This document shows, piece after piece, positions 25,685-39,200 of a stretch of DNA of 64,000 nt. Both the position numbers and the translations under genes were made by a program. How positions within the stretch are numbered: the stretch's first letter is position 1; each line of letters begins with the position of its first letter. This DNA comes from Trichinella spiralis (lineage: Eukaryota), in contig NW_003526943.1 of NCBI RefSeq assembly GCF_000181795.1, forward strand, positions 3,809,228 to 3,873,227, in the 5' to 3' direction. A model generated the notes under the pieces. That model saw nothing but the letters and a program-made list of their open reading frames with translations. It made no database searches and was not told the origin of the DNA.

Positions 25685-26769
25685 ATGATGAAATGGAAGA
25701 ATTAGCTGTCCGTTTCTTGGCAATCAAACAGTGATAAATGCGCTGTTGGATTTATTTCATTGCTTTAGTAACATTTTTCGCTACTAAAGCGCTGGTGTAG
25801 TGTAGAAAAAATATAAACTGAAAAAAGAACAGTTAAAACATAATTATTTTAAAATTTCAAAAATTGATTTTTGGCTGAGTTTCTTAATAAATAATTAATT
25901 TATTTCAAATGTATTACAAAAATATTTGTGAAAACATTTTAACTATGAAAAAAACTATAAGAAATTAATTAAAGAGCGCGTCACTGAAAATTAATTACTC
26001 ATCAAAATTAAAAATTCATTCATAATTAATTTAATTACTGGTTACATAAATTTGAATAGAAAAGCAAAATTGTTGCACATTCTCTTCAGTTTTGTAACTT
26101 TTTTTAATTGGTAATACTTTGTTGATTATCAAATATTTGCTTATACATTACAAAATTAAAATTTTTATTTTAAAATGTCTTACTTTTATTTATTAGATTT
26201 ACCAGTACTTTGATATTTACAAGAAATTTTGAACTGGCAACTTATATCAGAATGACAGTTTAAAACATTCATAAAAACAAGCTTTGCTTTGCATTTAATG
26301 AAAAAAACATCAAGACTTTAATAAAAATAAAGTGAATAATTAAAAACTGGTTTAATTTTTTTATGAATATGTAACTGTAAAATTTAAGCGATGTACATTT
26401 AAACAAAGACAATAATAATATACTATTTTCTGAAATTTTTTTCAAATAATAATAGACATTTTGTATAAATATAAGATAGAATTAGCTATAATTAATAATT
26501 TTAATTAGTTTAACTAAATTAGCAACAGCTTATAAGGAAAATATAATTTATCAGCATGTTTCAACTAAAACTTTACCAAATTTATGCAGCAATTGCGGCA
26601 TGATGATAATATAAATAAACATGGCAGCGTAACGCAGGATTCTTAATTTACTTAACTTCAGTGTACTTTGTATCTGTAATGCAACATTGTGAAAATATCT
26701 TAAAGTTCAAATTCTAGCATAATTTATCTATGTTGCATATTTTTTATACGGAACTGCTTGCAATAATTA

Positions 26770-27740
26770 CACAGGTCAACATAATTTTGTGGGTCTCCCA
26801 AATATTAGTTGATTTTGGGTATTTTTGACACGCTGATTATGAAAATGACATTTGTTTTCTCCCATCACGTGCTGTTTTTTCAACCGCGTTATATTACTGT
26901 TTCCACTATTGTACGTAAGTAACACATTGTGCTTTCTGTTCTAAAAGTAAGTAACAAGACATAAACGTGTAAGGAGACCCTGCAGTAATAAAAAAGGTCA
27001 TTACAAAAGTGCTTAAGTAGTCCGGATTCATTTTGTCACATTTGCGGCAGTTTTGTAGTGAAGAGCAAAAGGCATAAAATAACAGATTTTGTGAAGAAGG
27101 CACATTTCGCATACTTTGGTATAAAGCTAGGAAATCAAGACAAGTCTTGGGCTCCACATATAGTCTGCCACACATATGTTGAGCAGTTGCGGAAATGGTG
27201 CAACAAACAATGAAATCTCTTCCCTTTGGTGTGCCTATGGTGTGGCGGGAACCACAAAACTATGTTGATAATTGTTATTACGCATGGTCAAAAAACACTT
27301 GCCATCAAAGTTTAATTAATCCGGAAAAAGTTCTCTTATCACCACTTTACATAAAACTGGGTATCATGAAGCAGTTTGTTATAGCACTGGATAAAAATGG
27401 AACTTGCTTCCAATACCTTTGCACCCAGTTTCCTTTATTGTCAGATGCCAAATTAGAAGAAGGCATATCTGTTGGACCTGACGTACAGAAATTGATTAAA
27501 GACAAGATGTTTTCAAGCACAATGACACAAGTTGAAAAAGAAGCATGAGTTGCATTCACGAATGTTGTTTCGGAATTTCTGGGAAAGAAGAAGGACCCGG
27601 AATATGGACGGTTAGTGAATGTTATGCTTGAAAAATTTGAAAAGTTGGGATGTAGCATGAATTTGAAGCTCCACTTTCTGCACTCACATTTAGTTTTTTT
27701 CCACAGAATCTTGGTGATGTTAGTGAAGAACAGGGTGACA
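26770..27740 (+). mobile_element. Chapaev3-like (CMC superfamily) DNA transposon remnant, frameshifted, internally deleted, 3' end missing
   Basis: 5' end CACAGGTCAAC.. preceded by TTA. Transposase motifs QDKSWAPHIVC, PMVWREP, LYIKLGIMKQFV, LSDAKLEEGI.VGPD, MNLKLHFLHSHL, LGDVSEEQG across several frames with stops. Confidence 0.8.
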
Positions 27741-28432
27741 ATACAAGGTGACAACATAAACAACGGATTGAGAAATTACATTTCACTTCGAAATAACTTT
27801 GAATTTTGAAAATGTAGCTAAATTTTTTAAAATTTATTTTATTAAATGAATTACTTAATTAATCGTTTTCTAATATACATTATCATTAATTGTAATAAAA
27901 AATTCAAATATAGCCAAAAATTATTATCGCAAATGTTGATGCACTTAAATGCTACTGTCAGTTCATTACTGCAAACATGGAAAATTTTCTTTAAAAAACA
28001 TTTTTAATACTAAAAACGCATAAAATGCATATTGTGCACTTTGTTGCTATCAGTGACAGGTATTATCAAAAATATAATCAGAGAATGTTAAGTTAGTTGA
28101 GCAAACAGAGACAAATTCACAGTGCAACAGACATCAATTTTTCTAAGCATGTTGATGCATGTTGAGTAAGCATGAGAACTGGTGCAAGAATTATATGTTA
28201 ATTGAAGCTTTCTTTTAACGTACAATTATTTAGTTTACGTTTATAATTCTTTATTTATTTGCAGCTATTTTCTCTGAATGTCAAATGAACGCTGCTAAAT
28301 AAATAAGAAATTGTATTAACTGCAATTATAAATAAAAAATATTTACTTCCATCTTGTGTTAGTCCGTTGCTAAAGAGCGTGACTAAAATGCTATTTTATA
28401 AAATGCTCATTCAGGTAATTATTATTAATTAA

Positions 28433-29694
28433 CCTTAATCTGGGCACCTGTCTACATATGTAGACAATCGATGTTTGGAGCAGTGCTGTGATATGAAAAA
28501 AAATAATTAGCCCTATTCATTCCAAAACTATCGAAAAAATTCTATGCTCTACCTTCACAGTAAATTTTTCGGTTCTTCGACGTTTTTAAGCTGTTGTTTC
28601 ATGTTTACTATTCATATTCCGGGCATCTGTCTACATTTGTAGACACATAACACTTTCTCTTTTTTTGATGATTATACTGAAATAATCCACATCTTTGATT
28701 ATTTTTGAATGTGGTCCATGTTTGTGTGTTTTACGGAATCTGGGATAAAGTTTCTGTAGATTTGTGAACTCTAACAAAAGCGTTTTTATGGACCGTTATT
28801 TTACATCATATTCCACTGTGCAACATCTTCTTGAGCATGGTCTTACAGCTATTGGTACAGTGTTTGCACATGTTTGCCGTGATGCTCTGGCATGCTTGCG
28901 TAAAGCAGCACGACGTGATCTTTACTCTACATTAGCTGTTTATGAGCACAACAGAAAAGTTACGATGATCAATTACGTGCCAAGGAAAAGCAACAATGTT
29001 CTTCTGTTGACTTCATGCCACGCAAAGTTGAAAATAGACAACCGGAGAGATGATAAAAGATCAAACATCATCAATGATTATACTCTTGGCAAAGGATGCG
29101 TGGATAGCATGGATGCTAGAATAGAAGATTTTTGCTATAAAAAAAGCCCAACAGATATACCATGCTGAGGTTGAGCTTCATCGTTGAGGTGTGCATCAAC
29201 AGGGCATTCTTACTGATGAGACATCAGCAAAGTTATCAGAAGACAAAGAAGCGTTTTATGAGAGAGCTTTCAGCACAGCTGGTATACAACACAACGAAAT
29301 GAGGTATGAAAATCAAAAATCTATGCACAAACTAAACGTGCCTTCATCCACTACAGACTGCCCAAAATCACAAATGTTACAGATATCAGTTATAAGACGA
29401 CAAAATCCATCAAAACGCTGAGAGCAAGGACGTCAAAGGAAGGTCAAAAATCAACGTGAATTTGCTGCCATTCATGTAAAAAGATATATACGTAGCAGCC
29501 ATAAAATCAATAAAATATCGTGTAGTGCTTGCATTGAATAAAATAAATAACCTGTTTGTGAAATTATTATTAGTTCTAGAAAAAATAATCATTTTAACAT
29601 CATGTACAGAGACCAAACATGACGAAACTTCTAGTGTCTACATATGTAGACAGGTGCCCGGATTAAGGTGTAAAATTTGCCGCCTGGATGAGGG
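28433..29694 (+). mobile_element. piggyBac-like element, copy A (defective, ~1.26 kb)
   Basis: TTAA at 28429-28432 and 29695-29698; ends CCTTAATCTGGGCACC.. and ..GGATGAGGG; palindrome TGTCTACATATGTAGACA near both ends; transposase remnants MDRYFTS, AIGTV, VLLLTSCH, KGCVDSMD. Confidence 0.9.
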
Positions 29695-29780
29695 TTAATT
29701 GAAAATAATGCAAAGCATTTTTTATTTTTTAAACTTCAAATCACAAAACAGGAACATTATTGCATGCAGGCAATGGATAT

Positions 29781-30354
29781 TCACTCTGCAAGAATATCCA
29801 TTAGATCGATTGCCTCTAATTCATATAAAGCGGAGGAATCACCTCTGAAACACTGCAATGATGGATCATTGAGAGTATTGAGAGGAGAATAAAAATTTTT
29901 GTGAAGTACTGTGCATTTTACAATATTTTGCGGTTTATTCGAATCAATGCCACAACATCCATTTCTTTTTCGCACCTGTGGAACTGTTAGCTAAAAATAA
30001 TTTAATTATTTTATAATTTTAATTTTTATTTGTTCATGCATTCCTTTCTTACTTTTGATACCTGAATTTTTTGACATCATTTCGAATAAAAGTTGTTACC
30101 TGCATATTTTTCGTGCAGTTCGACCTTTCGAAGATAACTTCTGACGAAAAGAAATAAACTGAGAAATGAATAGTTGAAAGAAGTTCCCTAATCAAATAAT
30201 AATAATAACGATCGCTTCTATATGCAGCATTAAACCAGTCTTGGAGGAGTAAATAAAACACTTCCATATCAACAATATGCATGGTTTTATTGCTGAAACT
30301 TTCAGGAATTTCACTCCAGAAAACAAAAAGAAATAAAATTATATTTATCCACAT
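29781..30354 (-). CDS. Secreted cystatin-like protein (154 aa, 2 exons: 30354-30100 and 29990-29781)
   Basis: Hydrophobic N-terminus MWINIILFLFVFWSE. CAG|GTAACA donor and TTTTTAG acceptor join in phase 0. FNAAYRSDRYYY..FERSNCTK..CC..KCTV..C resembles type-2 cystatin Cys spacing; lacks QxVxG and PW. AATAAA on the minus strand at ~29721-29726. Confidence 0.65.
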
Positions 30355-30609
30355 TCTATTGAAAATTTTATTTTGCAAAAGTGTAGTAGAAATCAAAATT
30401 TCACCAAATTATGATATTAATAAAGGAAGAATGCCGAACAAATATTATGAAACAATTTAACTTGACATTCATCATATTTATTTAAAATTAACTTGGAAAT
30501 AATTTCTTCAATATATTTTAAACATTTTAATAATGATTTTAAAAGCTACTATTAATAACAACAGTACCCTATAATTACGGCAGTACAATAAATAATATTA
30601 AGTAGTTAA

Positions 30610-32331
30610 TCTTCATCCGGGCGGCAAATTTTACACCTTAATCCGGGCACCTGTCTACATATGTAGACACTAGAAGTTTCGTCATGTTTGGTCTCTGTAC
30701 ATGATGTTAAAATGATTATTTTTTCTAGAACTAATAATAATTTCACAAACAGGTTATTTATTTTATTCAATGCAAGCACAACATGATATTTTATTGATTT
30801 TATGGCTGCTACGTATATATCTTTTTACATGAATGGCAGCAAATTCACGTTGATTTTTGACCTTCCTTTGACGTCCTTGCTCTCGGCGTTTTGATGGATT
30901 TTGTCGTCTTATAACTGATATCTGTAACATTTGTGATTTTGGGCAGTCTGTAGTGGATGAAGGCACGCTTAGTTTGTGCATAGATTTTTGATTTTCATAC
31001 CTCATTTTGTTGTGTTGTATACCAGCTGTGCTGAAAGCTCTCTCATAAAACGCTTCTTTGTCTTCTGATAACTTTGCTGATGTCTCATCAGTAAGAATGC
31101 CCTGTTGATGCACACCTCAACGATGAAGCTCAACCTCAGCATGGTATATCTGTTGGGCTTTTTTTATAGCAAAAATCTTCTATTCTAGCATCCATGCTAT
31201 CCACGCATCCTTTGCCAAGAGTATAATCATTGATGATGTTTGATCTTTTATCATCTCTCCGGTTGTCTATTTTCAACTTTGCGTGGCATGAAGTCAACAG
31301 AAGAACATTGTTGCTTTTCCTTGGCACGTAATTGATCATCGTGACTTTTCTGTTGTGCTCATAAACAGCTAATGTAGAGTAAAGATCACGTCGTGCTGCT
31401 TTACGCAAGCATGCCAGAGCATCACGGCAAACATGTGCAAACACTGTACCAATAGCTGTAAGACCATGCTCAAGAAGATGTTACACAGTGGAATATGATG
31501 TAAAATAACGGTCCATGAAAACATTTCTGTTAGAATTCACAAATGGCTGTGCCAATTGCCTAACTTTGGTGCTTGCTAGATCAATTTGGCGTTCTTCACC
31601 ACTTCTGTCAGTATATAACAAACCTTTCAGAACATAACCATTCTCTGAGTCACATATCCAGTTGATTTTCACACCGCACTTTCCTGGTCAAATGGTCAAA
31701 TGGTCAATACATATGGTAAAATGCAACAGTGGCAATCACAAATTGACAACAACAGATTATCTCTAGCAATAAATAGCTGCATAATGGATATCGCTCATCC
31801 AGTTTTTAAAGCTGCCATAAACAAGTGATTGTTTTTGTCACATATTCAGCTAATAACAGTGATTCTTAAACAAACGTCAAGAAGGTCTGAGAGCACTGAC
31901 AGACACTCATGAAGCATAACGTATTTATCTTTGGGGTTGACACCCTTTTTGACTAATCTACTCTGTAAAATCCACAGAAACTTTATCCCAGATTCCATAA
32001 AGCACACGAACATGGACCACATTCAAAAATAATCAATGTGGTAACCTCAGAGCACTTTAGCTACTACAAACATGTAGATTATTTCAGTATAATCATTAAA
32101 AAACGAGAAAGTGTTACGTGTTTACATATGTAAACAGGTGACAGAAATATGAATAGTAAACATGAAATAACAGCTTAAAAACGTCAAAGAACCGAAAAAT
32201 TCACTGTGAAGATAGAGCATAAAATTTTATCGATAGTTTTGGAATGAATAGGGCTAATTATTTTTTTTCATGTCACAGCACTGTTCCAAACCTCGATTGT
32301 CTACATATGTAGACAGGTGCCCAGATTATGG
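30610..32331 (-). mobile_element. piggyBac-like element, copy B (defective, ~1.72 kb), inverted relative to copy A
   Basis: TTAA at 30606-30609 and 32332-32335; same termini and palindrome as copy A; carries an extra ~430-bp segment encoding PGKCGVKINWICDSENGY that is deleted in copy A. Confidence 0.9.
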
Positions 32332-33131
32332 TTAATATATTACAGACACTTCAAATTGTTAATATTCTCAGTACTGGCATTTTTTTAAATTTAATTAGTC
32401 ATTTATTTCATAAAACAATTTTTATCATCTGAAACAAAAAGTGAAAAAATTAGTAGTGCCATAAATTCAAAAATAAAGTTTCATTAATTTTCAAAATATC
32501 TCAAATTAGTTAAAAAATAACAATCCTTAAAATAAAATAGTTTGACAGCGATAAGTGAATTTCAAATACCTTTTAAATGTAAAAGAGAGACGTTCTAAGT
32601 AATTCAGATAAAATAGCATTATTTGCACATATGCCTAATGTCCATATCAAATTGCATACATACATTCATGATTTAAAGAGTAAATTTGCAACAGCTAGGG
32701 ATCGTATTTGCCGGTAAGATTCTTTTTATAATAACAGTAAACAGTTAGAAGCAATTCAATTGGATGTTGCTCAAATTATAGTTGTTTAGTTTTAATTTTA
32801 AAATAAAATTAAGAAAATAATAACACACAATTTTATCACAGTATATAAAGCTCAACAACAAAACGATAATCAGAATAAATTTACAATTACTTCTTCTGAA
32901 AATGGATATTTTTTTCAATAAATTCACAAAAAAATACAATACAAAACAGCAAATGAGAAGAACCTTTTGTAAAAAACGAAAAATTATTTTAATGTTCATT
33001 CTCTTTATTTCCATAATTGTCACAATGATAATAATTATTACAGCTGTAATTCAATCCTATTACATGCCGTGCAATATTTACAAATCAGAATAAATTTCTA
33101 TTCATCTCATAATGCAAATGCATAATTCATT

Positions 33132-35927
33132 TCACTGCAATTGCCATCTGGAAGAAATATGTTTCATATCTCCGAAAATGCATTTCTCTATCATTTGCAC
33201 AGCCCTAAACAATACTTTATCCCTTTCGTTGATGTAACGAGAGCAGAATGATAACAAGCGATAAAAAGTGGAAGAAAACAGACGAAAACACATTTGATTA
33301 AATGCAAACGCTGACGAATCTCTGTAAGTTGTTGTTATCTGAGGATAGTGACAGTAAGCTTCATTCCAAAATGGAAAGTCAGAACGCGTTGTCCATGTGG
33401 CAGATGAAAATGTAGTTTTCTTTTTCGAAAAATCAATTCCAAATAATACAACATTACCACCATCCAATGGTGCGCTACTCTTCGAAACTGATTCAGCCAA
33501 GTACAAGGGTAATGTCTTCATTAAGAAGCATACCGGGGGCAAAGATATTAGTAGTTCGTCTGCAGTGGATGAAACGTCTCGAAATATTGGACATAACAAT
33601 GGATTGAAAAATTTTTCTGTTCTCTGCACAGCACTAGGACGCCTCAGTTTTTCCAAAATATTCGTAACTTTACGGCTGGCATCAGACCACCGTAAACTAA
33701 AAACGTCAAAAAAGTAACTAAATTGACAGTAGCATCTTATATAATTGTACAACATTGACGCCACTATATATTAAAATATTAATCACAAAATTTTCTTCAT
33801 GAAAATAACAAGTTAATTAGAAACGAATTAACAAATACAATCATAAGCTTCACTTCACACTTTAAAAGAATCAACAAACTTCAACAGTATAAATGCTTGA
33901 TAATTATGAGAAAATGAAAATTATCAAAAATATTTCCTAACCTACCCAAGCACCTCTTCTACAGGCTGCCCTTGTAAGATAGCTGTTTTCAATTCATTAT
34001 GAAGCAGCCATTGCAAAAACGAAAATTGTCCTCCTTCGAAATCATTATCATCGACTGAGATGCTTAAAATAATATTATTCAGCATCAAAAATTTTAACGC
34101 TCTTCGATGTAAAAATAAACAAAACCATACAATTCATGTTGATCATTCAAACCAAACAACAATTTCAAAACGACAATCAAAACTGCCATCACTTGGGTTT
34201 CTAATGGAATTTTGGGCCGATCTGATCGATATTTGGAACAAAAATTTGACCACTGAGTATCAGTATCAAATGATATCTGACGAAGGACAAACACCGCAGC
34301 CTTAAATAGTTCACCTAAAAAGAAACCGCTTTCCTTTAAACACGTATATTTATAAAAATTAGAAAAAATAAATAACTCGGAAGATTCAGATCAACCCAAA
34401 AGCGAGTCAACACAAACACGGGTTTAATGTTAACAAAATCTTCAAAGGAAATGAACTCTGCCAAGCGACCGAACATCCAATACAAATGAGACAAGGAAAA
34501 CAAGCTTGAACCCTAAAAAAGTTTTTTACATGATTATAATAAAAAACATAAAAATAAAGATTTTCAAAAATAAAATGAATAATTTCATTCAAATAAGCAA
34601 CTAATTTCAATATTCAAAACAGTCTTAATATTAAAATTCAAATTCAAATATTAAATATTAACACTAACCGAATAGAATTTCGCCACATTTGGATCATCAT
34701 TGTTACAAAATAGCGGATCATTTGCAAAATACGGTAAATGGCCCATTTTCAAAAGACTAGAAAATTTCCAATCGCAGACATATGGCGACACTATTAAAAT
34801 TACAATACCGAAATATATCAGATAAAAATACTCTGCACGAACACTTCATGCAAGCAAAATAGCATATAGCCAACGTAACCTGAGGATTAACCAACGCCAA
34901 CTTGTTCTACAAACAAAAATGACAATTCTCAAATACAGAAATTTCGAAAAACAATGATTTTCAAAGATTTATGAACATAAAAAAATAAAACGAAGCTGGA
35001 TAACAAAACCATACATTACATAAAACATTATTTTACAAAAATCGATAAGCAACACTTATTACAATTAAAGATAAAAAGCAAAGGTACAGGCACAAAAAAC
35101 AAATGTTTAAAAAATAAGACAAGCAAAAACAATACAATTCATATCGTACTTTAGAAGTCGAGCTGCAATCAGACAACTGCTCTGAATCATCTTCATCATA
35201 TCTGAAGTTCCAATCGGCATTACAAATAAAGTTATATTGCAAGCTCAAAAACAATATAAAGATCAAAAATTAAATTCATCTCGAACACTCAAAAGTTAAA
35301 ACTGCACATTTGGATACCATACCAAATTTCCTTCTAAAAAAATCATCTCAGCACTAAATAACCTACTTCTATCGAAGCAAATAATAATAGATAAATGTGA
35401 AATTTATCAGACTTACTCCTCGACCCTTTCAACATCCAGCAAAACAGAACTCGCACGTTTGACTAACAAAGCATCTTTAACGTAGTCAAACCAAAGAATA
35501 CATATTGCAGTCTTAAACAAAAAATTAAAGTATGCAAATTAACAATATTTCAAATGAATGACTTGGTAAATTATACCTTCACACTTTCAGGAAAACCACA
35601 TGTAATCAAAGCGTCCGCTTGCAACTGCATGACTTTTGTATAAGCATTAAGCATCAACTGCTCAGGGGTAAACTTAATATGATATTCAACTTTAGACTTC
35701 GAATCAGATGAGGAAACATCCATAAACAAGCTTCCATCTTCACCTTCATATTCATATTCATGATCCATTTGTTGCTCAGAATGCTAAAAACGAACACAAA
35801 ACAACACTAATAACAACAACCACTCGTGGCATTGCAAAACCTGCGACTGAGCACCACAAGAGACACAAAAGTAGTAACCATCAACGACGCTAAATTCAGA
35901 ACAACCGCACTGAGAACAACTATCCAT
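33132..35927 (-). CDS. TAF1B: RNA polymerase I TBP-associated factor B (TAF1B/RRN7), multi-exon
   Basis: N-terminal Zn ribbon MDSCSQCGCSEFSVVDGYYFCVSCGAQSQ; later motifs QLQADALI, ILWFDY, VFLSDIFR, MAVLIVVLKLLFGLND. Confidence 0.82.
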
Positions 35928-36212
35928 TTTTTGCTATCATTGATATTTTTATGAAATTGAAATATATACGCAAATCAAAAATCAAAAAATAAATTATAAT
36001 CATCAGCAGTACTAAATGAACTATCGCCAAGAAACAAAAGCAACAACTATGTGATAGCATTTTCAATGCCGCATCGCTGAATGAAGTATACATGATAGAT
36101 TATTAAATAAAATGTAAAATATTCAATTCATACATTACAATGACATAAATGAGTAATGGTATGAGTGTTGTAAACTTCGACAAAAGTATCACTAAAATAA
36201 AACGAACAATCA

Positions 36213-39200
36213 TAATGATTCACCATCTTCAACAAAACGTGCTGCTATTTCCGCTGGCACGCAGTCAGTGTGACAAACACAATAGTAAATAAGCAAACAG
36301 TAAGCATTTTTTGGAATAAAAGCTAAAAACCATCAGACTGAAAAAAAGAGTGAGCAAAATTATCCTAATCCAGATGAAACATACGCAACTGTGATGAACT
36401 TATCACTGCTTGATAATTTCTGAATAATTTCAGTGAGATAGTCATGACAACATTACTGTTGCATTTACAATAACATTTAAACAAACATCTTTATAAAAAA
36501 TATAGATTTGTGATATCGTGCGTCGATTTCATTTTTAAGACAAAATAGAGCAGTTTCACACATCTGAACAGCAAAAATCAATGTCCATGCAGGTAAAGAC
36601 TATTGTCAGCCAGACAATGCTGGCATCTGATTCATCACAGCAGCACCAGTAAATGTTATCTGTAACGCAACAACATCTGCTAGTATATCATCCTTCTGCA
36701 TCTATCAAATAAAACATTATCTCATAGTTTTCACAAAGAAAAAATATTATTCAATTATTAATTTTATTACATAAACACTACGAACCTTCATTATTATTTA
36801 TAACTACTTTTTCATAATTCAATTTTTGTAAAAATGACATTATTGTATTTCCTACATCGCTGTTAATAAAAAATAAAACAATTTTACATTTTAAATTTGA
36901 AAAAAATAAAACAAATTAGGAATTATATTTATGCCAATAAAAAATATCCATTTATTTTTGGATATACCGTATACGGAATTGCATATAGTAGTCCGTAAAT
37001 TAAAATGATCAGGTACACACATGAGTGCCCCATTTTCAAATGCAAACAGCAACTGTATCTGCTTACTTCACTCTCCAATTTGTCAGTGATCTCAGTCGGT
37101 TGCTCCGTGGCCTTCCTCTGTATTTCATTGTACTGGCATAAAAAATGAACCCAAATTGCAGCGAATATGATAAAGTCGACGAAGCCAGCACTTCCAGATC
37201 GGTTTCAATACTTCCCAAGTGCAACGGTCACCGTTTGCAAGAGTCCAATGATTCTTCACCTTCCATGTTCATCGATGAACGCTTTCGAATCATTTCAACT
37301 CTGGGCAAAGGTAATTATGGAACCGTTGTCCTTGCTGAAGAGAAAGAAACAAAAAAACGATATGCCATCAAGATAATAAAAAAGAGACACTTGATGCTGA
37401 GTAGTTTGGGATTCAAGCAAGTGTTCAGTGAAAAGAAAATCTTGCAGATGGCACAGTTTCCCTTTATTGTCGACTTTTACGGTTCGTTCAAGTCCAATTC
37501 CAATTTATTTTTGATGCTAGAATTCGTCCAAGGCGGTGATCTGTTCACGCATTTGAGAAAGATGAACCGCTTCAGTGAAAATGTGGCTAAATTTTTTGCG
37601 ATACAAATTGTGCTCGCATTCGAATACTTGCATAAATTGGATATTATTTATCGAGATCTGAAGCCAGAAAATATTCTCCTAGATCAACACGGATACTGTA
37701 AACTGGCTGATTTTGGTATGTCAAAACAATTGAACAACGAGCGCACGTACACAATATGCGGAACATGGGAATATATAGCACCAGAGATTATCAAAAATCA
37801 AGGATACGGTACCAGCATCGATTGGTGGATGTTTGGAATTTTACTGTATGATTTGTGCAATGGCAGAACACCTTTCAAAGCAGCATCGCTGAAAGAATTG
37901 CAACAAATCATCTTGAAAGGCAAGTACAGAATGTGCCGAAAGTTCTCTGCGCCGTTGAAAAATTTAATCAGACAATTATTGAAAACGGATTGCAGAAAAC
38001 GAATTGGTTGTCGTGGTGGCGGCGCTCGTGAGATCAAATCTCACGCGTGGTTCAACAACATCAACCAGCGAGCAATACTGCAACGCCGCATCACTTCTCC
38101 ATTCTTGCCGACCATCAAAGATCGTGATGACATGAACAACTTTGATAATTACGAAGAGACGGCAATTTCCGAATCGCCAGAGATCGAATTAGAAAATGTT
38201 TTCCATGGTTTTTGAAACTTTGTTGCTATAAACTTATCATTGTAATAATACTACTGATACCGTGATATATATTATACAAATATTATTGTTATCTATTATC
38301 GAAATAAAATATTCATTTTAAAACAAAAATGTAAATTTGCGTTTCACGATTTCAGTAATATAACCCTGTGTTCAAAAAATACCAGATATGTTGTACATGA
38401 TAATTGTATACCTTGATGCCGGAACAAGCAAATTATTCAGCTTGAAATATGCTGGTCAGATCGACTGCTTGGTGGATATTCATCTCAATTGTTTTCATTA
38501 CAAAATGACCTCGGTCAACGGCAGTTAGCTTGTGAAAGAATTTTTCAATACATTTCGAAACCTAAATTAACAACTGTTGTATAACTAATTTATTATTATA
38601 GTTGCCCTTTAATGAACAACAGACACCTTACTATGATTCTTAAAAGTCAACTGTACAAGTTATTTATGTATTTTTCTTATCCAACAGACTGATCATATCC
38701 ATTATTGACTGAAATTGAAGAAGAAATTTAAATAAATAACAATCAAAATTGTACTTGATGGACCTCATCGATTTCCATCGACTTCACTTTCCGCATCAGC
38801 AGCTTCTCTCCTTTGGCTCTAAAAAGCTGACAAAAACTAACCGAATGCTTCTCTGTTTTAACATTTTCGTATTTTTTCAATTCGTTGTTGCACTGTTCGA
38901 GTTGTTTGAACAGGTGAAACAAACAAAGAAATAAAAGAAAAAGTAAAATATACAAAAACGTATAAAAACAATAGTTACCGACAAGGTTGAACGATAATGA
39001 TATTAGAAAATAGCGACCCAAAGAAGTGAACCCCATCCATGAAGTTTCTTCATCACGTCATTTTTACTCTTTCTGTAAAATGATGTCAATATGCAATACG
39101 TAATTACAACTATAGACAACGGTTCGCGTTGGCTCTGAAGCTTAACTTCGAGCTGCACATTAGTTTGATGTTTCAACTTACACCACTGCGATTGCGGGAT

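Noticed and set aside
27742..27810. TACAAGGTGACAAC resembling a Tc1/mariner terminus at the Chapaev truncation point
   Set aside because: No matching opposite end or transposase was found.
28764..31672. piggyBac ORFs as an active or domesticated transposase
   Set aside because: Both copies lack the N-terminal part, are frameshifted and carry stops.
31685..31707. (TGGTCAAA)x3 short tandem repeat
   Set aside because: Local slippage or repair scar inside the defective element; too small to interpret.
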